Source of the DNA: Eledone cirrhosa
Taxonomy: Eukaryota
Direction of reading: 5' to 3'
DNA length: 64,000 nucleotides
NCBI GenBank assembly: GCA_964016885.1
Contig: OZ024743.1
Coordinates: 75,454,001 to 75,518,000, forward strand
The stretch's first letter is position 1; every line of letters begins with the position of its first letter. This document shows positions 13,801 to 25,800 of this stretch, piece after piece. The notes under the pieces were generated by a model that had not been told where the DNA came from, searched no databases, and saw only the letters and a program-made list of their open reading frames with translations. A program made the translations under genes and the position numbers.

Positions 13801-16800
13801 GTAGCTAGAGTCAGAACTGGTTGGAAAAAGTTCAGAGAGCTTATACCACTATTAGCTGCTAAAGGGTTCTCACTAAAAATGAAAGGCAGGTTGTACGATG
13901 CCTGCATACGAACAGCAATGCTGCATGGCAGTGAGACCTGGGCATTGTGTGCAGAGGATATACGCAGACTAGAGAGGAACGAAGCTTGCATGCTCCGCTG
14001 GATGTGTAACAGTAATATACGTGAACGGCAAAGCATAAACGAACTAAGGAAAAAATTAGAGATAAGAGGGATCAGATGTTGTTTACTCGAGAGAAGGCTA
14101 CGTTGGTATGGACACGTGATGCGCATGAAAGTCGATAGCTGTATAACAAAGTGCAGGGCAATAAAGATAGACGGTAGTCACGGAATAGGCAGACCTAGAA
14201 AAACCTGGGACGAGCTGATAAACTCCGACATCACACACTTACACCTCTCCAAGACAATGTCACTGGACCGAGACCTTTGGCGGTACTCAGTAACAGAGAA
14301 GACCCGCCTTACCTAAATATATAGTAAAACCTACTCCAGCCAGTAGGCATCTCTAACAAAATACACCCCGTCCCACCACCACCACCCCCACCCGATCCAC
14401 ACCACCCCGTTCTATGTAAAGTTATGTTGGTGCCGCGCCATCGAGGCCGAAACAAATGAGATCGTGTAGGTGTCACGACAAAAAAACACACAGTCCACGC
14501 TGTAATGTGGCCGTGTAGGCAACACGGTAAAAACCTCCCAGACCCACACTGTAAATGTGGTTGGTGTTAGGAAGGGCATCCAACTGTAGAAAACCTGCCA
14601 GACAGTCCTATGCGAGCAAGACAATCACTCTTGCCTCAAGTGGGACTACCCCCGTCCAAACCCATGCAAGCGTGGAACACGGACGTTAAACGTTGATGAT
14701 GATGATGATGATGATGATATATATATATAAATCAACCTTAATGTACTGACATTGTGGTGATTTCTTCTTGTCTTCATGAAACTGTTGCTGTCTCAGGTTG
14801 TTGTCCTTCACCTGATTGAGATCAGAGATCTATTTCCAGGGCCCAGTGCGAAGAGGTCGACAACTTGGGTCCCAGATATTACTCTGAATCAACAGAAGCG
14901 ACAGAAAAGAACAAATTAGTTACATAGTTTTCATATGACAGATAAATAGAGATGACCCTTAATAATCATCATCATCATCGTTTAACGTCTATCTTCCACG
15001 CTAGCATGGGTTAGACAGAAGTTGTCCCACTGGAGGCAAGATTGATCGGGTGACCGTGTCTCGCTTATATAGGACTATCAGGCAGGTTTTCTAAGGCTGG
15101 ATGCCCTTCCTAACACCAACCACATTTACAGTGTGGACTGGGAACTTTTTACCATGTTACCTACACAGCCACATTACTGCGTGGACTGGGTGTTTTTTAT
15201 TGTGACACCTACACGATAATATAGATTAATATAAGTGACTTCCTTTAGAATTATTTTTGTTTTTATCAAATTTCTCTGATTTCTCAATTAATATTTTCAA
15301 TTATATTTTCAGGGTCTCGTTTCTACAGAAGATCTCCCAGTTCACTACAGGTTTCTTTTTATTTTATTTTACAGTTTTATTTTAAAGCAATGTGACAAAT
15401 GATATATTTTCCTATGACATTAACCATAAGTTTTCTAGCATAGTTAGTATTTAAAACTGTTATCAATAGTAGGATGTCAGGTAGCTTCTAATAGCATAGT
15501 TAGTATTTAAGACTGTTATCAATAGTAGAATGTCAGGTAGCTTCTAATAGAATAGTTAGTATTTAAGACTGTTATCAATCAGGTAGCTTCTAATAGCATA
15601 GTTAGTATTTAAGACTGTTATCAATAGTAGAATGTCAGGTAGCTTCTAATAGAATAGTTAGTATTTAAAACTGTTATCAATAACAGTTTTAAGTATTTAA
15701 GACTGTCATTAATAATAGTTTTAGTATTTAAGACTGTCATTAATAATAGGATGTCAAGTAGCTTCTAATAGCATAGTGAGTATTTAAAACTGTTATTAAT
15801 AGTAGGATGTCAGGTAGCTTCTAATAGCATAGTGAGTATTTAAAACTGTTATTAATAGTAGGATGTCAGGTAGCTTCTAATAGCTTAGTGAGTATTTAAA
15901 ACTGTCATTAATAGTAGGATGTCAGGTAGCTTCTAATAGCATAGCTAGTATTTAAAACTGTTATTAATAGTAGGATGTCAGGTAGCTTCTAATAGCATAG
16001 TGAGTATTTAAAACTGTTATTAATAGTAGGATGTCAGGTAGCTTCTAATAGCATAGTGAGTATTTAAAACTGTTATTAATAGTAGGATGTCAGGTAGCTT
16101 CTAATAGCATAGTGAGTATTTAAAACTGTCATTAATAGTAGGATGTCAGGCAGCTTCTAATAGCATAGCTAGTATTTAAAACTGTTATTAATAGTAGGAT
16201 GTCAGGTAGCTTCTAATAGCATAGTGAGTATTTAAAACTGTTATTAATAGTAGGATGTCAGGTAGCTTCTAATAGCTTAGTTAGTATTTAAAACTGTTAT
16301 TAATAGTAGGATGTCAGGTAGCTTCTAATAGCATAGTTAGTATTTAAAACTATTGTGGATTGGCAGTATCGGTAGAGGGCCAGACACCATGCTTTCCAGC
16401 ATAGTTACGTCCCTTTACGATCTGAGTTCAAATCCCGCCGAGGTTGACTTTGCCTTTCATCCTTACGGGGTCGATAAAATAAAGTACCAGTAATGCACTG
16501 GGTGATTGCTGGCCTTGTGCCTAAAGTAGAAACAGTTATTAATAGTAGGATGTCAGGTAGCTTCTAATAGCATAGTTAGTATTTAAGACTGTTATTAATA
16601 ATAGGATGTCAGGTAGCTTCTAATAGCAGAGTTAGTATTTAAAACTGTTATTAATAGTAGGATGTCAGGTAGCTTCTAATAGCTTAGTTAGTATTTAAAA
16701 CTGTTATCAATAGACAAAAGTGGAATACTCAGGTAGCTTCTAGTTCGGTAGCTTTTCTAGAAAAATTCTCATGCCTGGTAATGATTGTAACAGTTTTGAT

Positions 16801-19800
16801 GTAAAAGACAACAACTTTGTTTTCGTCAAAGGTTTTGAAAAGATGGCATCACTCGTGTATACTATATAATAGATCTTCTGTTGGCTTAGTGGTAATGGTG
16901 TTGGACTTATATACTCAGCTGGAAATGAGTACCAGCAACATCTGGGGGTTTAACCCTGTGTGGAAGTCTTGTACTCTCAGTCGCTTCAAGCCATGAAACC
17001 AGGATAAGCACCTGCCAAACGAGCCTCACTAAACCAGGATAAGCACCTGCCAAACGAGCCTCTTGGCTTGAGGCAGACTTTAGACTTTAGTTCTGTTGGT
17101 CAGGTTTTTCACTAACCATACTGGTAGTTGTAGAAAGAAAAGAGATTCAGCTGGGAATCATTTTCAAGGTAGGCAGCAAATTGGCAGTCATCAAAATGTT
17201 GGATAGAATGCTTTGAAGTATTCGTTTTAGTTCTCTGCTCTCTGAGTTCAAATTCCACCAATATCAACTTTGTATTTCATCCTTTTGAGGTCGATAAAAA
17301 AAAATACTGGGGTCAATTCTTCCTCTATATCTCTTTCTCACTTCCATTCTCTCACTCTCTCTATCTTTCGCTAGAAGAAATCTGCTGTATTTAGACCTGG
17401 AGAGGAGATGGGCTTTGCTAGGTTTAAAAATACCCTAAAAATGCATGTATATCTTAGATATGTGCAATATGGCAGTTGTTATTCTTTAACTCCAGGTCAG
17501 CCCTGATCAAACTGACCTATGATCATAGCTGTTTCCTGACTACTCTGCCTTATTTTTTCAAGCAAAGTTTGTCTTGGTCAACATTATCCAATGTGTTCTT
17601 TGCTTTTTAATATGGTCGTGTGTGGTTTAGAGGAGATGTTGCTGCTATTTGTAGCTAGTTAATGTAACCATATAGAAGTATTCTTGTTGGTTTGAGTGAG
17701 AAAAGTTACCATTCTTGTAAAAATGACACACATTTGTATGTTTTCATATATTTGGTAAATAACAGAGAGAGAAAGAAGGGAAGATTGAAGAGTTTGGAAA
17801 GAGTAACTTTTACAAAAGCCACTAGGGTATTCCTCTCCCAAGGAGGTTGTTAGAATTATGATTCCAGTGTAAAACATTTATACATCTTAGTGGTACATCG
17901 TACATTATGGTTATTGTGTGTATTTCAGACGGAAGATGTATTATTGTGGTTTGTCTTACGAGGAATTGATCCATACTGTGATTGGCTTCAATAATTCTGG
18001 TTGTATTCCTTACCTCCTACAATTGTTGAAACATCCTGAAGACACAGGTTCTCTAACAAGAAACCTGTACAAGTAAGTTTCAATTTTCATCATTTTCTCT
18101 TCTAAAGCTCTTCAACTTGACTTGTATTCTCGGGACTCGAATAATCCCTCCATATTATTAAATATTGCTGTGGATTGAGTCTATCGGTAAAGGGTCGGAC
18201 ACCATGCTTTGCAGACACCATGCTTTGCAGAGTTACGCCCCATTACGTTCTGAGTTCAAATGGTGCCAAGGTTAACTTTGCCTTTCATCTTTACGGGATC
18301 GATAAAATAATGTACCAGTAATGCACTGGGATAATTGTTAGCCTTGTGCCAAAAGTAGAAACAATTATTAAATTTTGTTAATCTATCTATATAATAATAA
18401 TAATGAAATTATTGTGTACAGTGCTCAGGTGCACTACAACTCATCAAAGGTGCATGTATAGTACATAGAATAATGTACAAATGTCAGGAAAATGAACAGT
18501 GTATGAGTCATGATATAATAACAATAATGAAATATTGTGTACAGTGCCCAGGTGCACCACAACTCATCAAAAAAGTGCATGTACAGTACATAGGGCAATG
18601 CACAAACATCAGTAGAATGAACAGTGCACGAGTCATGATACACACGTGTGCATGTGTATGGAAGGGGTACATCAGGTGTAGTTTTGGCGTATTTCGGGAA
18701 GCATGAGTGTCTTAAAGGATGCAGTGTCTCGGCAGCTAACAATTGACGCAGGCAGTTTGTTCCATGCTTCAGCAACTCTGAGCGTGAAAAAATGTCTACG
18801 AAAGTCATGGGAGCTGTGCTGTTTTCTGATCTCGTAGGCATCTATGGCGAAATTTTATGTTAACATATATATATTAAGAAAAACAATGAATTTTCGTTTA
18901 CATAAGTTTTTATTGTGTATCGACCTGTTATGCACATTTCGCAGAGGATTGGTTCTGGTCACCCATAGAAGTTATGGACCTTACTCCATTATCAATCTGC
19001 TCTTCAGACTGGTGATTCAACAAAAGATACATTCTGCCTGTGTATTGAGTGCACATTTTGGTGCCACCACCAGTAATTCATTGAATCACATATACTATAT
19101 ATATAGATAGGTTTGTTGGTTCACCACTGGTCATTCCGTATGGTCAACCTCGATGTAATATTATGGAGAGCACTCAACGTAATGCAACTCACCCGTCTTC
19201 GTTTGTGTAGTTGGAGGTAGAAGCTGCTAAATGTTCGGTCGCCCTCATGTCTCTGATTTTCAGCCCCATGGATTTTGTCTATTATATTCTTTTGTTATAT
19301 TTCGAATACCTGATGATGTCACCGGATTCATACTGAACCCGGTCATTGAAATGATGATAGCATAATAAATCTTTTAAGGAATTACACCAGTCCAGCCTCC
19401 TGTTATTTTATAATATATATATACATAAACACATGTACCTACAGTCACTTACAGATGCATGCAGTTATATACTTATGTACATGTGTCTTTTGTATCTTAG
19501 TCACTTAATTTTACCCTTCAGCATTTAAACCGGCCATAACTAGCTGCTCATACTGATGTTAAGGTATTGGTCTGAAAATGAATAATATCAAAATCTCATA
19601 GATTTGACATTATATGAGATAATTATGTGAGGTAAAGCCTTTACCATGAAAATACAATAGTAAATATAGATTAATGTAAATGCTAAAGGGTTAAATATAT
19701 TCCTATTAATGTTTTTAATCAACTAGGTAGTATGTATGTCAAATCTATAACATATATGTTTTCTAGTGTATGGATGTGTTGAGAGAGAAGCTGTGTTTAA

Positions 19801-22800
19801 GAGGGATAAGTTGTAGTGTGCGGGAGAGAAGACTGCGATGGTATGGACATGTGATGCGCATGGAGGATGACCGCTGGGTAAAGAACTGCTAAGAAATGTC
19901 ATTAGAAGGAAGATGCAGTTGAGGAAGGCCACGAAAAACATGGCCAGAGGTGGTGAGAGCAGACCTCAGATTGCTGAAGCTCATGGAGGAGATGATGAAG
20001 GAATGTGACTAGTGGAGAGATACTGTGCTGAATAGGACCCGTCCCACCCTTGCAAGCAGGGAAAAGTGGATGTAAAAAGATGATTTGTTCTTTTCTTTTT
20101 TTCACCTTTTTTTGTGTTATTGCCCTCATTTTGTTTGACTTTAGATTAATAAATGGATGTTAAATGAAAAGGATGTTTCATTACCCTTAAATTCTCCTTG
20201 AATTTGTCCCTTTATTTTTGTGAACAGGGTAACCTCTCTAGTGTTGTCACCATGATAAAATGCACCTAGTACATTCTGTAAAGAGGATGATTGAATGGGG
20301 GCGGGGTGTAAATTAGAGAAGATTCTTTAGTCATTTCAAAGTCTTGACAACCTCTCTAGTGCTGGTGACCTTATAATATACCCCCAGTTCACTTTGGTAA
20401 GTGGATGTCATTAGTAAGAGTATCCTGTGTAGAAGCCATGCTAAAAATTGGAATGTATATGTGAGATGTGCTCCTCCAAAACTTCTAGAAGGGCAGTAAC
20501 TCTGAATAAGAACTTCTATCATCATCATCATCATTTTTATGTCCGCTTTTCCATGCTTGCATGGGTTGGACGGGTCCTTCTCAGCACGGCATCTCTCCCC
20601 ACATTGTGATTCTTTGTCATCACCTCTGTGAGTCTCAATGATTTGAAGTCAGCTCTCACCACCTCTGCCCAGGTCGTTCTTGGTCTAACTCTACTGCAGC
20701 TTCCTTCTACTGGAATTTCCTGGCACTTTTTCACCCATCATCCATGCACATCATCTGTCCAAACCAGTGCCGTCTTCTTCCTGCACACCACCTCGAATGC
20801 CTCTTTGACCATAGCAGGCAAAGCAGACATTAAAACCACAATGATGATGATGATACTGTTATGGAAAGTGGACATAAAATGATGTCCAATGTCTATTTTT
20901 GAAGATTGTGAGTTTGGGTTTGAGCAATATTTTGCAGGTTGACCGACTGTAAAAGAATTTTCTCATCCTTTTGTTAGCTCCCTTAAATAGCAATGTGTGT
21001 CTTCCACAAATCATAGAACTCTTTCTACTGCAGTTTATTTAACTTAAAAAGAATTGTTTTACACTTTACATCCAGATAACTCATTATTAGTAAAAAGAGC
21101 ATTTATCATCATCATCGTTTGTCATTTTCCATGTTAGCAGGGTTGTCTCATTAGAGGGGCAAGTCAGGTCAGGTGACTGTCTTGCTCATACGGAACTGTT
21201 TCTGGCTTGGTTTATACAACTGGATGCTCTAACCCTTTTGAATTTATATACTATTGTATTTTCATGTTAAAGGCTTTACCTAACAGAATATTGAATCTAT
21301 GAGATTTTGATATTATTTATTTTGAGAACAATACCTTAATGTCAGTATGAGTGGTCAGTTACAGCCAGTTTGAACAGAAAGACGTGTGAGAATCCTGGCC
21401 AGATATGGCCAGTTTAAATGTCAAAGGGTTAAGCAGTAACAAAGCAAAACGAAACAATGGCTCTCTAAAAATAATACGATTCAAGTGCAAAATAATAAAA
21501 ATAAAAAGTACAAATAAATATATTTTAATTTGATATGTATTTTTTTAGGTATTCACTTCCTGAAAGTGAATTTGCGGATGGTCTTAGCGGTGCCCAGTCT
21601 AGACGAATGGCTAACAAAAGGTGAGTATTTATAGTCTTGGGCTTTGTCAGGTGGTACCATGAGAAAACAAACCAGGTACATGCTGTTTTGTTTTAACATA
21701 GATACTGCTAGATTAAGGAAATATTGGTTTTCTTTTGTTGTTTTGTAATGCACACACTCTTTAAATTAAATTACTTTTACATATACATGAAGTATTATGT
21801 GTATTTTGTTTGCAAGGATCAAAATTTGGTATTCATGCCAACCCTTAGCTATGATAGACACCGAGCAAGATGGCTAGATAACATCCATGAGCTTGGCTAG
21901 TCTTGCTTGGGGATCTAACCAGATCATTTAGAGATGGTTGCTTCTTACAGGACATGCTGGAGGGAATGTGTGAAGATTCTTCCCCCCATCACCCTCTCAG
22001 GAATATGTGTGTGAAGAAGAAGGAGGATCATAATTTAATTACAAAGACAAACTTGATTTTTTAACCTTACTTCCAATTTTATTTTCATCTATAAATATAT
22101 TTGTAATGGAAAGTGAATTTAACAGTTTTTGTGTCTTTTTAAATGGTTGCAGTTGTTTCAATACTAAATCATATTTTATATAAATAATACTGTTATATTT
22201 TATATAAATACTGAGTTATATTTTATATAAATAATACTAACTTATATTTTATATAAATACTGAGTTATATTTTATATAAATAATACTAACTTATCATCAT
22301 CATTCATCATCATTTCATTTTACGTCCGCTTTTTCCCTGCTTGCAAGGGTGGGACGGGAACTGATTCTGGCTTGATTTCTACAGCTGGATGCCCTTCCTA
22401 ACACCAACCTCATTTACAGTGAGTGCTGGGTGCTTTTTTGCTGTGGCACCTCCACAACCACTTTGCAGTGGAATGATAGGGACCCCAGTCCCTATCATCT
22501 CATTTCTACAGCTGAGTAAACTGGAGCAATGTGAAATAAAGTGCCTTGCTCAAGGAAACAACACATCACCCGGTCTGAGAATTGAACTCACAACCTTTCG
22601 ATTGCAAGGCCAATGCTCTAACCACTAAGCCATATGCCTCCCTTATATTTTATATAAATACTGAGTTATATTTTATATAAATAATAATAAGTTATGTTTT
22701 ATATAAATAATAAGTTATATTTTATATACATAATACTAAGTTATATTTTATCAGCATCATCATCGTTTAACATCTATCTTCCACGCGAGCATGGGTTAGA

Positions 22801-25800
22801 CGGGAATTGTCCCACTTGAGGCAAGATTGATTGGGTGACCGTGTCTCGCTAATATAGGACTATCTGGCAGGTTTTCTACGGCTGGATGCCCTTCCTAACA
22901 CCAACCACATTTATATTGTGGACTGGGAGCTTTTTACCGTGTTACTTACACATGTTATATTTCATATAAATACTATGTTATCATCATCATCATCACCGTT
23001 TTACGTCCGTTCTTCCATGCTAGTATGGGTTAGACGGGTTGTCCTGTTGTGGGCAGTATCTGGTCGGCTGACCATGCCTTGCTCATACAGGAACTGATTT
23101 GGTTTGATTTCTACAGCTGATGCCCTTCCTAACACCATCCTCATTTACAGTGAGTGCTGGGTGCTTTTTCCGTGGCGCCTACACGTCCACTTTACAGTGT
23201 GGGCTGGGTGCTTCTTTGCTGTGGCACCTCCACATCCACCTTGCAGTGGGAGGGTGTGGGGACATATTGTCTATATGCTTCAGCTTGTACCCATGGGAGG
23301 TCGGGTACTCTGTATTACTGCGTGACGCCAGAGGTCACGGTCGTGTGTCATCGCCTTTGAGAGTTGTAATTGGGTAAGGTCGGCTTTTATCACCTCATCC
23401 CAGGTCTTCTTGGGTCTCCCCACTACGCGGTTTCCATTGACTTCTAGTGCTCTGCACCTTTTTATGCAGCTGTCATCCTTCATACGCATCACATGTCCAT
23501 ACCAACGCAACCGCCTCTCCTGCACACAGCATATGATTCCTCTTATGCTCAGTCTCTCTCAATTCATTTATGCTTTGTCGTTTGCGTATATTACTATTAC
23601 ACATCCATCGGAGCATGCAGGCTTCATTTCTTTCTAATCTACATAAGTCTTCCACCTTCAGCGCCCAGATCTCACTACCATGTAACTGTTCGGATACACA
23701 CATCATACAGTCTGCCTTTCATTTTGAGGGAGAAGCCTTTTGCAGCTAACAGTGGTAGTAGTTCTCTGAACTTCTTCCATCCCGTTTTTACCCTAGTTAT
23801 TGTACTTTCTGAACACCCTCCTCCGCTGCTAATTCGGTCACCTAGCTAGCAGAAGCTGTCTACTGTCTCTACAGAGCCCTCCCAGAGATTGGTGGTACTT
23901 GTTTCCTGTGGCTGTTTGCTGCTTGCTGTCCCAGCACAGCTGCTGCATGTGAAGCCTACATTCTTAATTAAGCTTCCTGAGATCCCGCTACATCTCTTGT
24001 GTACCCATTGTTTGCATTTGGGGCAGAGAATGGAGTTCCTACCTACACCTTTCCTACATACTGTGCAAGGCCATTTCCCTGAGGGGATCTGGGTTCTGTT
24101 TTCTCGTCTACTTACAAGGACCTAAGTCTTTGTCATGTTGACTTTGAGACCCTTTCTTTCTAGTCCCTGCTTCCAAGTTTGGAATTTCTTCTCTAGTTCT
24201 ACCATAGATTCAGCTATAAGTGCGAGGTCATCAGCATACAGGAGTTCCCATGGGCATCCGGTCTTAAACTCCTCCGTTATTGCCTGCAGGACTATGATGA
24301 ACCGGAGAGGGCTAAGAAGAGAGCCCTGGTGGACACCAACCTGTACGCTAAATTCCTCGCTATACTCATTGCTAATCCTAACTTTGCTGACTGCTCCCCT
24401 ATACATGGCTTGTACAGCTTTCACAAGCCATTCATCTACTCCTACTTTTTTAAGAGCCCACCAGATTATAGCATGGGGAACTCTGTCAAAGGCTTTCTCG
24501 AGATCGACGAATGCCAGGTAGAGTGGCTTACTTTTAGCTAGGTACTTTTCCTGTAACTGCCTCACAAGGAAGTGGGCATCAGAGGTGCCTCTTCCTGGTA
24601 CAAACCCAAATTGCATCTCATCTAGTTTCACCCGGTCCCTAATCAACTGTGCTATAACTCTTTCTGTTACTTTCATGACCTGGTCCATCAGCTTTATACC
24701 TCTATAATTTCCTCTATCTAGTGCATCACCTTTACCTTTGTAGTAGTTGACAATGATGTTACTGCACCAATCTTTTGGTATGACACCTTCTAGTATTACC
24801 TGGTTAACAATACGTGTGGTTATAGTGTGATCTACGGATGCAGATGCCTTCAGCATTTCGGCAGCTATACCCGATGGACCGGTTGCCTTCCCCATCTTCA
24901 TATCTTTGATTGCCTTACTTACTATGCTGCTGCTGACTTGTACTGTTGGCCCCTCTATAGGGTCTACTTGAGGTAGGGTCTCTTCTTCCCATGCATTCTC
25001 CTCATTTAGTAATCTATCATAATGGCTCTTCCATGCATCTTTCTTCTCAGCACTTGTGAGGGCAAGCTCACCTTTATCATTCCGGATACACTTCTCTCCA
25101 ATGACATCACAATTCTCTCTGACACACTGGCTCGCAATCTTGAACATCTCCTGTTTCTGGTTCTCACGTTGCAAAACATGCTTGAATTTTCTATCCTCTG
25201 CTTCCCTCCTAGCTAAGTATACTTGTCGCCTAGCTTCCCTCTTGGTCTCTATGTAATGTACCCTGCTCCCCCCGTTCTTCCATTCTTTCCATGCCTGTCG
25301 CTGGGCCTTAACTGCTTCATCTACCTTATTGTTCCACCACCAAGCCACTCTCCTCCTGCTTGTGGTCTTACTCCAGCCACAGACCTCATCCGTTGCCTCT
25401 AGTAAGTTATTTTTTAGGAACTCCCAGTGCTCTTCTACATTGAATGTCTCTATCTGTTCTTCTTTACTGTCGTAGGCGTTGAGTAAAATATCTTTAAATC
25501 TGTTACTGGCTGAGGGGGTCTTTCAGCTTCCAGATTTTTCTTCTCCAGGTTGGCCTCTGTTTCCAGGTTCGTCTAGTTCTGACCGTGAGGTCGCTGACAA
25601 CTAAGCTATGTTGGGAGGTACATTCCTCATTAGGGTAGGCTTTTGTGTTTACGACCGTCCTCTGATGAGAATAAAATCTATCTGACTAGAATGCTCCCCT
25701 GATCTATAGGTGATCAGGTGGTTGTCGGGTTTTTTTAAGTTTGTGTTACATATCGACATGTCATTGGCGTCGCAGAATTCTAGAAGTCTGAATCCTTCTT

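Noticed and set aside
22570-22641. tRNA gene (A/B boxes); likewise the heads at 16354 and 42934
   Set aside because: No complete cloverleaf, and the sequence continues into SINE bodies.
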